A DNA stretch of 64,000 bases from an uncultured Actinomycetota bacterium (GTDB lineage Bacteria; Actinomycetota; Actinomycetes; Mycobacteriales; CADCTP01): assembly GCA_963728945.1 (NCBI GenBank), contig CAVSMA010000002.1, positions 1,250,723 through 1,314,722 of the forward strand, written 5' to 3'. The notes under the pieces are model-generated. The model ran no database searches. It worked only from the letters and a program-made list of their open reading frames with translations, and had not been told where the DNA came from. Below are positions 1 to 8,636 of the stretch, one piece after another. Position numbers and translations under genes: made by a program. Position 1 is the first letter of the stretch. The number at the start of each line of letters is the position of its first letter.

Positions 1-570
1 TCGGTGGAGCGAGGGCCTTGGTCAGGGCCTTGACGTCGAGGTCGGGGCGGGGGAACCGCGGGTCGAGCTCGCGCACGGTCTCCAGCAGCAGCCGGCCGAT
101 CGCCCAGTTGCGATACCACTTGCGGTCGGCGGGCACCGCATACCACGGCGCCTGCGGCGTCGAGCAGCGCTCCAGCGCGATCCGGTAGGCCTCCTGGAAG
201 TCGGCCCAGCGCTGCCGCTCGGTCAGGTCGCCCTCGTTGAACTTCCAGTGCTTGTCCGGGTCCTCGAGCCGGGCCAGCAGCCGCTCCCGCTGCTCGTCGT
301 AGGAGATGTTGAGGAAGCACTTGACCAGCGCGTAGCCGTGGTCGGCGAGGCCTGCCTCGAACCGGGCGATCTCGCCGTACCGCTTCTCCACCACCTCCGG
401 CGTCGCCAGCCGGCGCACCCGGACGACCAGCACGTCCTCGTAGTGGGACCGGTCGAAGATGCCGATCACTTGCCGCCGGGGGCGAGCGGGGTCGCGCGCG
501 GGTCGAGGCCGGCGAGGTCGACGGGCTCGCCGGGCGGCACCCGGAGCGCATCCCGCAGTGACTTGGCCAT
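1..570 (-). pseudogene. PPK2-family polyphosphate kinase 2 disrupted by an internal out-of-frame deletion (3' end runs off the window)
   Basis: Minus strand. ATG at 570 opens MAKSLRDALRVPPGEPVDLAGLDPRATPLAPGGK, then TGA at 469-467. In the adjacent frame, GTG at 470 continues VIGIFDRSHYEDVLVVRV...CFLNISYDEQRERLLARLEDPDKHWKFNEGDL...APWYAVPADRKWYRNWA to position 1 without a stop. These read like the N-terminal and C-terminal parts of PPK2 proteins. The roughly 100-residue Walker A / lid segment expected between them is absent. Confidence 0.6.
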
Positions 571-680
571 CGCATACCCCCGTCCAGTCCGGAATCGATC
601 ACCCGGGACACTAGTCGCCAGTCGGGGTAGGGGCCGGGTAGCGGGCAGGTGACAGGGCCGTCCGGCGCAGCGGAAGGGAC

Positions 681-2444
681 ATGATGACCACCTTCGAGGT
701 CTGGGCGCCGAACCATGACCGGGTACGGCTGCGCGCGCTGGGCAACGACCACGAGATGTCGCCGATCGGCGATGGCCAGTGGCGGGTCACCCTGCCCGAC
801 GCCGGCCCCGGCACGGACTACGGGTTCCTGCTCGGCGACGACGAGACCCCGGTGCCGGACCCGCGCTCGCGCTGGCAGCCGGACGGGGTGCACGGCCTCA
901 GCCGGCTGTACGACACCCAGGCGTACGAGTGGGGCGACGCGGCGTGGACCGGCCGGCAGCTGGCCGGGTCGGTGGTCTACGAGCTGCACGTCGGCACGTT
1001 CACCCCGGAGGGCACGTTCGCGGCCGCGGCCGGCCGGCTCGACCACCTCGTCGAGCTCGGCGTCGACCTGGTCGAGCTGCTGCCGGTCAACGCCGTCAAC
1101 GGCACGCGCAACTGGGGCTACGACGGCGTGGACTGGTATGCGGTGCACGAGCCGTACGGCGGCCCGGACGGGTTGAAGGCGTTCGTCGACGCCTGCCACC
1201 AGCGCGGGCTCGGCGTCGTGCTCGACGTGGTCTACAACCACCTCGGCCCGTCCGGGGCCTACCTGCCGCGGTTCGGGCCGTTCCTCAAGCCGGGTAGGTC
1301 GACCTGGGGCGAGCTGGTCAACCTGGACGGCCCCGGCTCCGGACCGGTCCGCCGCCACATCCTCGACAGCGCGCTGATGTGGCTGCACGAATACCACGTC
1401 GACGGGCTGCGGCTGGATGCCGTGCACGCGCTGGTCGACCTCGGCGCGACGCACCTGCTCGAGCAGCTTGCCATCGAGGTGGACGCGCTGTCCGCGCACC
1501 TGCGCCGGCCGCTCACGCTGATCGCCGAGTCCGACCTCAACGACCCGAGGCTGGTCCGGTCCCGGGACGCCGGCGGGTACGGGTTGACCGCGCAGTGGGA
1601 CGACGACATCCACCACGGGCTGCACGCGCTGCTGACCGGCGAGCGGCAGGGCTACTACGCCGACTTCGGCTCGCTCGCCACCCTGGCCAAGGCACTCACC
1701 GGCGCGTTCGTGCACGACGGGTCGTACTCGTCGTTCCGCGGGCGGCTGCACGGCCGGCGGGTGAACCGGGACGACACCCCGGGCTACCGGTTCGTCGCCT
1801 TCCTGCAGGACCACGACCAGGTCGGCAACCGGGCGCTGGGTGACCGGCTCTCCGGGGAGCCGGACGCGCTGCCGCCGGAGCTGCTCAAGGTCGGTGCGGC
1901 ACTGCTGCTCACCGCCCCGTTCACACCGATGCTGTGGATGGGCGAGGAGTGGGGCGCGTCGACGCCCTGGCAGTTCTTCACCTCGCACCCGGAGCCGGAG
2001 CTGGCCGCCTCTGTCGCGGCCGGTCGGCGGGAGGAGTTCGCCGGGCACGGCTGGGCCACCGGCGGCGTGCCCGACCCGCAGGACCCGGCCACCTTCGAGC
2101 GGTCGAAGCTGGACTGGTCCGAGCTGGACGACGACAAGCACGCGGACGTGCTCGACTTCTACCGCCGGCTGCTGGCGCTGCGCCGGTCCCGGCCCGAGCT
2201 GTCCGACCCGCGGCTGGACCTGGTCGAGGTCGGGTACGACGAGGGCGCGCGCTGGCTGGTCGTGTACCGGGGTGCGCTCCGGGTCGCGGTCAACCTGGCC
2301 GCGGAGCGGCAGCAGGTGCCGCTGGACGGGACGCCGATGAGCGTGCTGCTCGCATCCGGGCCGGGGTTCGTCTACCGGGACGGCGTGATCGAGCTGGAGC
2401 CTGCGTCCGCCGCGGTGGTCGAATTGGCGGTTCGATCTTCTTAG
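681..2444 (+). CDS. treZ: malto-oligosyltrehalose trehalohydrolase (GH13)
   Basis: 587-aa ORF. N-terminus FEVWAP...PDPRSRWQPDGVHG plus GH13 motifs DVVYNHLGP, GLRLDAVHA, AESDLND and FLQDHDQVGNR. SD-like GGAAGGGA lies before ATG 681. Confidence 0.9.
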   Translation: MMTTFEVWAPNHDRVRLRALGNDHEMSPIGDGQWRVTLPDAGPGTDYGFLLGDDETPVPDPRSRWQPDGVHGLSRLYDTQAYEWGDAAWTGRQLAGSVVYELHVGTFTPEGTFAAAAGRLDHLVELGVDLVELLPVNAVNGTRNWGYDGVDWYAVHEPYGGPDGLKAFVDACHQRGLGVVLDVVYNHLGPSGAYLPRFGPFLKPGRSTWGELVNLDGPGSGPVRRHILDSALMWLHEYHVDGLRLDAVHALVDLGATHLLEQLAIEVDALSAHLRRPLTLIAESDLNDPRLVRSRDAGGYGLTAQWDDDIHHGLHALLTGERQGYYADFGSLATLAKALTGAFVHDGSYSSFRGRLHGRRVNRDDTPGYRFVAFLQDHDQVGNRALGDRLSGEPDALPPELLKVGAALLLTAPFTPMLWMGEEWGASTPWQFFTSHPEPELAASVAAGRREEFAGHGWATGGVPDPQDPATFERSKLDWSELDDDKHADVLDFYRRLLALRRSRPELSDPRLDLVEVGYDEGARWLVVYRGALRVAVNLAAERQQVPLDGTPMSVLLASGPGFVYRDGVIELEPASAAVVELAVRSS

Positions 2445-2551
2445 TGCTCTGTTGGCCATATCTGGGGGCTTCTGGGGGCGAGTGACTGCGGCATCTGTCG
2501 TAAGAATTCGCGGCAGGTGCGCCAATGTGGCGCCCCCATCAGGAGGTGTCC

Positions 2552-3763
2552 ATGAGACTCCGTCCCATTCTGGCCGCGGTCACCGCGACCGGTCTCGCCT
2601 CGCTCGCCTTGGTCGGCGCGACCGCGCCGACGGCCGGAGCGGCGCCAGCCCCCAGCCAACCGGCCGGCAAGCACGCCGTCCGGGTCTGCGCGCAGGCCGT
2701 CACCGGCGCCTCCTGCCAGGCGCTCCGGGTCGACCCGGCGACCAGCGCATCCGGCGTGACACCGGCCGCGGCGACACCGTCCGGGCTGTTCCCGGCCGAC
2801 CTGCAGTCCGCGTACAAGCTGCCGTCGGCCACCGCGGGCGCCGGCCGGACGATCGCGATCGTCGACGCGTTCGACGACCCGGCCGCCGAGAGCGACCTCG
2901 GCGTCTACCGCAGCCAGTTCGGCCTGCCGGCGTGCACGACCGCCAACGGATGCTTCCGCAAGGTCGGCCAGAACGGCAGCACAACCTCGCTCCCCCGCAA
3001 GAACGCCAGCTGGGCCGAGGAGATCTCGCTCGACGTCGACATGGTGTCGGCGACCTGCCCGCTCTGCCACATCCTGCTGGTCGAGGCCAACTCCAACTCC
3101 TTCGCCAACCTCGGCGCCGCGGTGAACACCGCCGCCCGGCTCGGCGCGACCGCGATCAGCAACAGCTACGGCGGCAGCGACGCGTCCGACTCGACCAACG
3201 GCTCGTTCTACAACCACCCGGGCATCGCGGTCACCGCGTCGTCCGGCGACGGCGGGTTCGGCGTCGAGTACCCCGCGTCGTCGTCGTTCGTCGTCGCGGT
3301 CGGCGGCACCTCGCTGCGGAAGGCAACCGGGACCACCCGCGGCTGGACGGAGTCGGCGTGGTCCGGGGCCGGCAGCGGCTGCTCGGCGTTCAACACCGCG
3401 ATCCCGAGCGCGGCGTCGTTCAACACCGGCTGTGCCCGGCGGGCGGTCGCCGACGTGTCCGCCGTCGCCGACCCCAACACCGGCGTCGCGGTCTTCGACA
3501 GCATTCCGTTCCAGGGCTTCTCCGGCTGGCTGGTGTTCGGCGGGACCAGCGCGTCCTCGCCGATCATCGCCTCGGTGTACGGCCTCGCCGGCAACGCGGC
3601 GACCATCGACGCGAACGACTTCCCGTACCAGCACGCCGGCTCGCTGTTCGACGTGACGACCGGGTCCAACGGGACCTGCTCGCCGTCCCAGCTGTGCACG
3701 GCACGCGCCGGGTGGGACGGGCCGACCGGGCTCGGCACGCCCAACGGCACCGGGGCCTTCTGA
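2552..3763 (+). CDS. secreted S53 (sedolisin-like) serine peptidase
   Basis: ORF 2525-3763. Preferred start is ATG 2552, preceded by AGGAGG. Signal peptide MRLRPILAAVTATGLASLALVGATAPTAGA. Sedolisin-type motifs AEEISLDVDM and GGTSASSP. Confidence 0.7.
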   Translation: MRLRPILAAVTATGLASLALVGATAPTAGAAPAPSQPAGKHAVRVCAQAVTGASCQALRVDPATSASGVTPAAATPSGLFPADLQSAYKLPSATAGAGRTIAIVDAFDDPAAESDLGVYRSQFGLPACTTANGCFRKVGQNGSTTSLPRKNASWAEEISLDVDMVSATCPLCHILLVEANSNSFANLGAAVNTAARLGATAISNSYGGSDASDSTNGSFYNHPGIAVTASSGDGGFGVEYPASSSFVVAVGGTSLRKATGTTRGWTESAWSGAGSGCSAFNTAIPSAASFNTGCARRAVADVSAVADPNTGVAVFDSIPFQGFSGWLVFGGTSASSPIIASVYGLAGNAATIDANDFPYQHAGSLFDVTTGSNGTCSPSQLCTARAGWDGPTGLGTPNGTGAF

Positions 3764-3778
3764 CCCCACCAGAGCGGG

Positions 3779-3810
3779 CCGGGCCGCCGCCGCTCCTCCG
3801 GCGGCCCCGG
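3779..3810. terminator. GC-rich hairpin downstream of the peptidase gene
   Basis: ccgggccgccg / cggcggccccgg arms (one bulge) around a 9-nt loop, 16 nt after the stop at 3763. No U-tract. Confidence 0.35.
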
Positions 3811-3870
3811 TCCTACCGGCGCCCGATCCCGCTGGCCCCGCCCCGCCCGCTGGGGATGTCCAGCGCGAAC

Positions 3871-3911
3871 GGCTACGTCTCTGCTCCAGCCCGCGGGGCA
3901 GAGACGTAGCC
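3871..3911. terminator. perfect 14-bp stem hairpin between convergent genes
   Basis: ggctacgtctctgc (3871-3884) pairs with gcagagacgtagcc (3898-3911), with a 13-nt loop. It lies between the peptidase stop (3763) and the sppA stop (3946). Confidence 0.5.
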
Positions 3912-3945
3912 GTCGCCGGAGGGTCCGGCCCTCGCCCGGGTCGGC

Positions 3946-5583
3946 TCAGCGGATCGTGAGAGGCGGCATCGCGAGCGGCCCGATCGGGCTCAGGCCGAAG
4001 CGGGCCGCGGCGCCGGCCAGCGAACCCCAGCCGGACCACCAGTCAACCGCCTGGACCGCCGCCGGGTCCTCGCTGGAGTGCGGCGGCGAGAGCCGGTCCA
4101 GCGGGCTGGTCTGCGGCCAGCGCCGCAGCGGCGCGTCGTCCGGCAGGCCGGCGCGCTCCCGGGCCAACTCGGCCGCCCGGTGCAGCCCGCCGAGCTCGTC
4201 GACCAACCCGCGCTCGTGCGCGTCGGCTCCGGTCCAGACCCGGCCGCGGGCCAGCTCGTGCACCCGCTCGTACGTCATCCCGCGCGCCTGCGCCACCTTC
4301 GACACGAAGTCGGCGTAGACCCGGTCAAGCCACTCCTCCAGCCGCTGCCACTGGTCGGCGTCGAAGCCGACCCGCGGTGAGAACATCCGCGCGTTGCGGC
4401 CCTCGGCGATCGCGCCGGTGCCGACACCGATCCGCTCCAGCAGCCCGGTCGCCACCACCTTGCCGCTGAACACGCCGATCGAGCCGGTCAGCGTGCCGGG
4501 CTGGGCGACGATCGCGTCCGCGCCCATCGCGACGAAGTAGCCGCCGGAGCCGGCGACGTCGCCCATCGACGCGACCACCGGCTTGCCGTGCGCGCGCAGC
4601 TGGCCGACCTCCCGCCAGATCACGTCCGAGGCCACGTACGAGCCGCCGGGGCTGTCGACCCGCAGCAGCACGGCCCTGACGTCGTCGGCCCGGCCGGCGG
4701 CGCGCAGCGCGGCCGCGACCGTGTCCGAGCCGGCGCCGACCTCGGGGCTGAGCGGGCTGCGCCGGCTGCGGCCCTGCTGGATGGCGCCGGCGACGGTGAC
4801 CACCGCGACCGCGTCCCGCTTGCGCAACCGGCCGGCGAGCTTCCGCGGCGCGGCGGTCCGCGCGTACCGGGACAGGTAGAGCAGCTCGGCGTCACCGCGG
4901 TCGAGGGCCGTGTAGACCTCGTCCCGATAGCCGACGTGGTCGACCAGGCCGGCCTCGCGGGCCCGGTCGGCGGACAGCGGGGCGGTGTCGACCAGCTCGC
5001 GTACCCGCGACCCGGCCAGCCCGCGGGCGGCCGCGATCCCCGCGACCACCTGCTCGTACGCGGACTGCACCAGCCGGGTGGACGCCTCCCGGAACGCGTC
5101 GGTGTAGTCGTAGCGGGCGATCCGGTCGACCGCGTTCTTGTACTCGTGCCGCTGGGCGAGCTGCGGTTCGAGCCCGAGCTTGTCGAGCACGCCGCGCAGG
5201 AACGTGGTCTCGGCGGCGATCCCGGTCAGGCCGAGGTCCCCGGACGGCTGCAGCCAGATCTCGCCGAACGCGGTGGCGAGGTAGTAGGCGACCGTACCGG
5301 GGTCGCCCTCGCCGAACGTCTCCGCATACGCCACCGCGGGCTTCACCCGGGCGAACTCGACCACCGCGGCGCGCAGCTCCTGCGCGCGGGCGAGCGGCAT
5401 GCCGGCGCCGACCTTGGCGACCAGCCCAACCACGTGCGGGTCGGCCGTGGCGTCCTGCAGCGCCTCCACCACCGACCGCAGGCTCGGCCGCCGCCGCCCG
5501 CGCAGCAGCGCCAGCGGATCGGTCGGCACCACCTCCGGCGGAGCCTCGGTCAGATCCAGCTCCAGCCACACCCGCTTCCGCAC
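3946..5583 (-). CDS. sppA: signal peptide peptidase SppA, 67K type (S49)
   Basis: 545 aa with two ClpP/S49-like halves. Motifs include VLLRVDSPGGSYVASD and ASMGDVAGSGGYFVAMGAD. Confidence 0.85.
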   Translation of the reverse strand: MRKRVWLELDLTEAPPEVVPTDPLALLRGRRRPSLRSVVEALQDATADPHVVGLVAKVGAGMPLARAQELRAAVVEFARVKPAVAYAETFGEGDPGTVAYYLATAFGEIWLQPSGDLGLTGIAAETTFLRGVLDKLGLEPQLAQRHEYKNAVDRIARYDYTDAFREASTRLVQSAYEQVVAGIAAARGLAGSRVRELVDTAPLSADRAREAGLVDHVGYRDEVYTALDRGDAELLYLSRYARTAAPRKLAGRLRKRDAVAVVTVAGAIQQGRSRRSPLSPEVGAGSDTVAAALRAAGRADDVRAVLLRVDSPGGSYVASDVIWREVGQLRAHGKPVVASMGDVAGSGGYFVAMGADAIVAQPGTLTGSIGVFSGKVVATGLLERIGVGTGAIAEGRNARMFSPRVGFDADQWQRLEEWLDRVYADFVSKVAQARGMTYERVHELARGRVWTGADAHERGLVDELGGLHRAAELARERAGLPDDAPLRRWPQTSPLDRLSPPHSSEDPAAVQAVDWWSGWGSLAGAAARFGLSPIGPLAMPPLTIR

Positions 5584-5670
5584 CCCCCAACCCTAGGCGC
5601 GTCTCCCGACGCGCGGGGGATCCGGTCGTCGCCCGGGTCTCCTCGGCAGGCGGGCGTACCGGCCAGGGCG

Positions 5671-6765
5671 TCAGCGGGGGTCGGTGACCTGGGCGAGGAA
5701 GTGCAAGGTGCCGGTGGGGCGGTGGCGGATGAGGAGGTAGAAGGGGCGGTCGACGCGGACCGGGACGGGCCGGGGCGGGGTGGTGACCGCGGCCAGCCGG
5801 GTCATCGTCATCGCGGTGGCGGCGGCGCCCTCGAGACCGGCCTCGTCCAGGGTGAGCACCGCCTTGTGGATGGCGGCGTCGACCTTGAGCCCCTCCCGCC
5901 CGCCGGTGACCCCGGTCAGGTCGGCCGCGTCCGAGAACAGCCGGCGGATCCCGAGCGTCACCAGCGGGTCGGCCAGCGACGCCTGGCCGCGGACCTTCAC
6001 CCGCGGCAGCTCGAGCGCCACCTCCCGCGGTCGGGCCGCGTCGAGCAGCTCCGTCAGCGTGCCGGGGTCGAGCTCCGGCAGCCGATCGCCGTCCGGCAGC
6101 AGCACGTCCGCCACCACGCCGGCGCCGGCCGGCACCGACACGACCGTCCACCCGCCCCGCGCCGCGTACGGCAGGGACCGGGTCGCCCGCATCGTCGGGA
6201 CGTCCACCGTCCCGCCGGGGGTCCGGAACGGCTGCGGCCGCGTCGCGCCCTTGTCGAACGGCTTGACCCACGCCGCGCGCAGGTAGAGCGCGTTGACGAC
6301 GACCGCTCTGGTGTCCGGGTCGACCACCCCGGGCGGGATGAGGTCGCTGATCAGCCCCCGGGTGCTGTGCTCGACGTCGGCGTTGATCTCCTGCCGGGAC
6401 CCGTCCGGGTTGCCGCGGAAGTCGGCGCCGCGGGCGGCACCCCCCGGCCACGCCTTGACCGCGGCCAGGTACTCGTCCGCGACCGGCAGGGTCAGGTCCG
6501 CCCAGAGCGTGTTGGCGACCCCGACGGTGACCGCGGACTCGGGCGGGAAGGCGGCCCCGGCGGTCAGCGCCGGGCCGAGCTCGTCGAGGTCGCCGAGGAC
6601 CGCGGCCAGCTCGTCCCGGGTCGGGCCGCGGGCGCCGGCACCGACGACACCCAGCGCCGAGGCCACCGAGTAGGGCGACCAGGCGAAGCTGCGGTCCCGG
6701 TCGGCGGCCACCAGCCGGTGCAGGCCGAGCGCGAACCGGGTGTCAGGAGCGGTCACCCACCCCAT
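5671..6765 (-). CDS. serpin family protein, no signal peptide
   Basis: 364 aa. Serpin-like blocks FAWSPYSVASALG and NALYLRAAW. C-terminal hinge / reactive-centre-loop-like DEAGLEGAAATAMTMTRLAAV is followed by VDRPFYLLIRH. Confidence 0.8.
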   Translation of the reverse strand: MGWVTAPDTRFALGLHRLVAADRDRSFAWSPYSVASALGVVGAGARGPTRDELAAVLGDLDELGPALTAGAAFPPESAVTVGVANTLWADLTLPVADEYLAAVKAWPGGAARGADFRGNPDGSRQEINADVEHSTRGLISDLIPPGVVDPDTRAVVVNALYLRAAWVKPFDKGATRPQPFRTPGGTVDVPTMRATRSLPYAARGGWTVVSVPAGAGVVADVLLPDGDRLPELDPGTLTELLDAARPREVALELPRVKVRGQASLADPLVTLGIRRLFSDAADLTGVTGGREGLKVDAAIHKAVLTLDEAGLEGAAATAMTMTRLAAVTTPPRPVPVRVDRPFYLLIRHRPTGTLHFLAQVTDPR

Positions 6766-6791
6766 GCTGCCAGGGCTGTCGATCTGGTGGG

Positions 6792-7523
6792 ATGACCAGC
6801 GTGCGCCAGCTGCTGCCGGAACCGGCCGAGGACCTCACCGACGACGACCTGGTCCGCATCTACGCGGTGCCGCCCGGCGAGCACCTGCGGGTCAACTTCG
6901 TCTCCAGCGCTGACGGCGCGGTCACCCTCGACGGCGCGTCCGGCGGCCTCGGCGGCCCGGGCGACCAGCGGGTGTTCCAGCTGCTGCGCGACCTGGCCGA
7001 CGTGATCCTGGTGGCGGCCGGCACCGTCCGGAACGAGGGCTACGGCTATCCCCGGTTCTCGGCCGCGCGCCGGGCCCGCCGGCAGGGCACCGGACGGGGC
7101 GAGTGGCCCACGTTCGCGATCGTGACCCGCAGCCTGCAGCTCGACCTCAGCTCCAGCCTGTTCGTCGACCCTCCGGTCCGTCCGGTCGTGGTCACCGGCC
7201 CGGACTCGCCCGTCGACCGGCGCGCGGAGCTGGAGCGGTGCGCCGAGGTGATGGTCGTCGACGACCTGGCGAGCGGGGTGGCCCGGCTGCACCGGCGCGG
7301 CCCGATCCTCTGCGAGGGCGGTCCGAACCTGTTCGCCGCGCTGGTCGGCGCCGGCCTGGTCGACGAGCTGTGCCTGACCCTGTCGCCGATCCTGGCCGGC
7401 CCCGGCCCCGGTCGGATCGAGTCCGGACCGCTGCACCCGGCGGTCTCCCTCGCCCTGGCCGGCCTGCTCGAGGAGGACGGCGCGCTGTTCACCCGGTACG
7501 CGGTCGGCCGACAGGCAGAATGA
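6792..7523 (+). CDS. RibD C-terminal domain / pyrimidine reductase-like protein
   Basis: 243 aa. Blocks VNFVSSADGAVTLDG, VILVAAGTVRNE and LCEGGPNLFAALVGAGLVDELCLTLSP. SD GGTGGG lies before the ATG. Confidence 0.7.
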   Translation: MTSVRQLLPEPAEDLTDDDLVRIYAVPPGEHLRVNFVSSADGAVTLDGASGGLGGPGDQRVFQLLRDLADVILVAAGTVRNEGYGYPRFSAARRARRQGTGRGEWPTFAIVTRSLQLDLSSSLFVDPPVRPVVVTGPDSPVDRRAELERCAEVMVVDDLASGVARLHRRGPILCEGGPNLFAALVGAGLVDELCLTLSPILAGPGPGRIESGPLHPAVSLALAGLLEEDGALFTRYAVGRQAE

Positions 7524-7527
7524 TCCG

Positions 7528-8604
7528 ATGGACCTGCCCGTGATGCCGCCGGTGGCCCCGATGCTGGCCAAGTCGGTGAAGGACGTGCCCGACGGTCCCG
7601 GCTTCCTCTACGAGCCGAAGTGGGACGGCTTCCGCTGCATCGTGTTCCGCGACGGCGACGAGGTCGAGCTCGGCAGCCGCAACGAGCGCCCGATGACCCG
7701 GTATTTCCCCGAGGTCGTGGCCGCGGTGCAGGAGCAGTTGCCGGCGCGCTGCGTGGTGGACGCCGAGATCGTCATCGCCGCCGGCGACAAGCTCGACTTC
7801 GAGGCGCTGCTGCAGCGCATCCACCCGGCCAAGTCCAGGGTCGACCTGCTGGCCGAGCAGACCCCGGCGAGCCTGGTGATCTTCGACCTGCTCGCCCTCG
7901 GCGACGAGTCCTATCTGGACACTCCGCTGGGCGAACGGCGCAGGAAGCTCGACGAGGTGCTCGCGAACGTGACCAGCCCGGTGCACCGCACGAGCGTGAC
8001 CGACGACCCGGCGCTGGCCCGGGAGTGGTTCGCCACCTTCGAGGGCGCCGGTCTGGACGGCATCGTCGCCAAGCCGGTCGACGGCCCGTACGAGCCGGAC
8101 AAGCGGACGATGTTCAAGATCAAGCACGAGCGGACCGCGGACTGCGTGGTGGCCGGCTTCCGCTGGCACAAGACGAGCACGCCCGAGCAGCCGCTGCTCG
8201 GCTCGCTGCTGCTCGGCCTGTACGCCGACGACGGCCGGCTGCAGCATGTCGGCGTCGTCGCCAGCTTCCCGGCCAAGCGCCGGGCCGAGCTGGTCGAGGA
8301 GCTGGCGCCGTGGCGGGAGAACGCGCTCGACGGCCACCCGTGGCGGGACTGGGCCGAGGCGCAGGCCCAGTTCGAGGGCCGGATGCCGGGCGCGCAGTCG
8401 CGCTGGAACGCCAAGAAGGACCTGTCCTGGGAGCCGCTGCGGCCGGAGCGGGTGGTCGAGGTCCGGTACGACCACATGGAGGGGACCCGGTTCCGGCACA
8501 CCACCCAGTTCGTCCGGTGGCGGGACGACCGCGATCCGACCTCCTGCACGTACGAGCAGCTCGAGGTGCCGGTCTCCTACGACCTGTCCAGCCTGCTCTC
8601 CTAG
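7528..8604 (+). CDS. ligC: ATP-dependent DNA ligase, ligase-only (LigC type)
   Basis: 358 aa. Adenylation motif I EPKWDGFR, then GLDGIVAK and FKIKHERTADCVV. No polymerase or nuclease domain. Starts 4 nt after the previous stop. Confidence 0.85.
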   Translation: MDLPVMPPVAPMLAKSVKDVPDGPGFLYEPKWDGFRCIVFRDGDEVELGSRNERPMTRYFPEVVAAVQEQLPARCVVDAEIVIAAGDKLDFEALLQRIHPAKSRVDLLAEQTPASLVIFDLLALGDESYLDTPLGERRRKLDEVLANVTSPVHRTSVTDDPALAREWFATFEGAGLDGIVAKPVDGPYEPDKRTMFKIKHERTADCVVAGFRWHKTSTPEQPLLGSLLLGLYADDGRLQHVGVVASFPAKRRAELVEELAPWRENALDGHPWRDWAEAQAQFEGRMPGAQSRWNAKKDLSWEPLRPERVVEVRYDHMEGTRFRHTTQFVRWRDDRDPTSCTYEQLEVPVSYDLSSLLS

Positions 8605-8636
8605 CTGGGGCCGGGTGTCCCCGAGTGGCCTAGGGT

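Noticed and set aside
5592-5597. Recurring CCTAGG-containing motif in intergenic sites (5592, 8629, 20427, 38954, 39123)
   Set aside because: The hexamer carries TAG on both strands, so it is excluded from most coding frames and naturally piles up between genes. Similarity beyond the hexamer is weak, except for the inverted pair at 38954/39106, which is reported separately.
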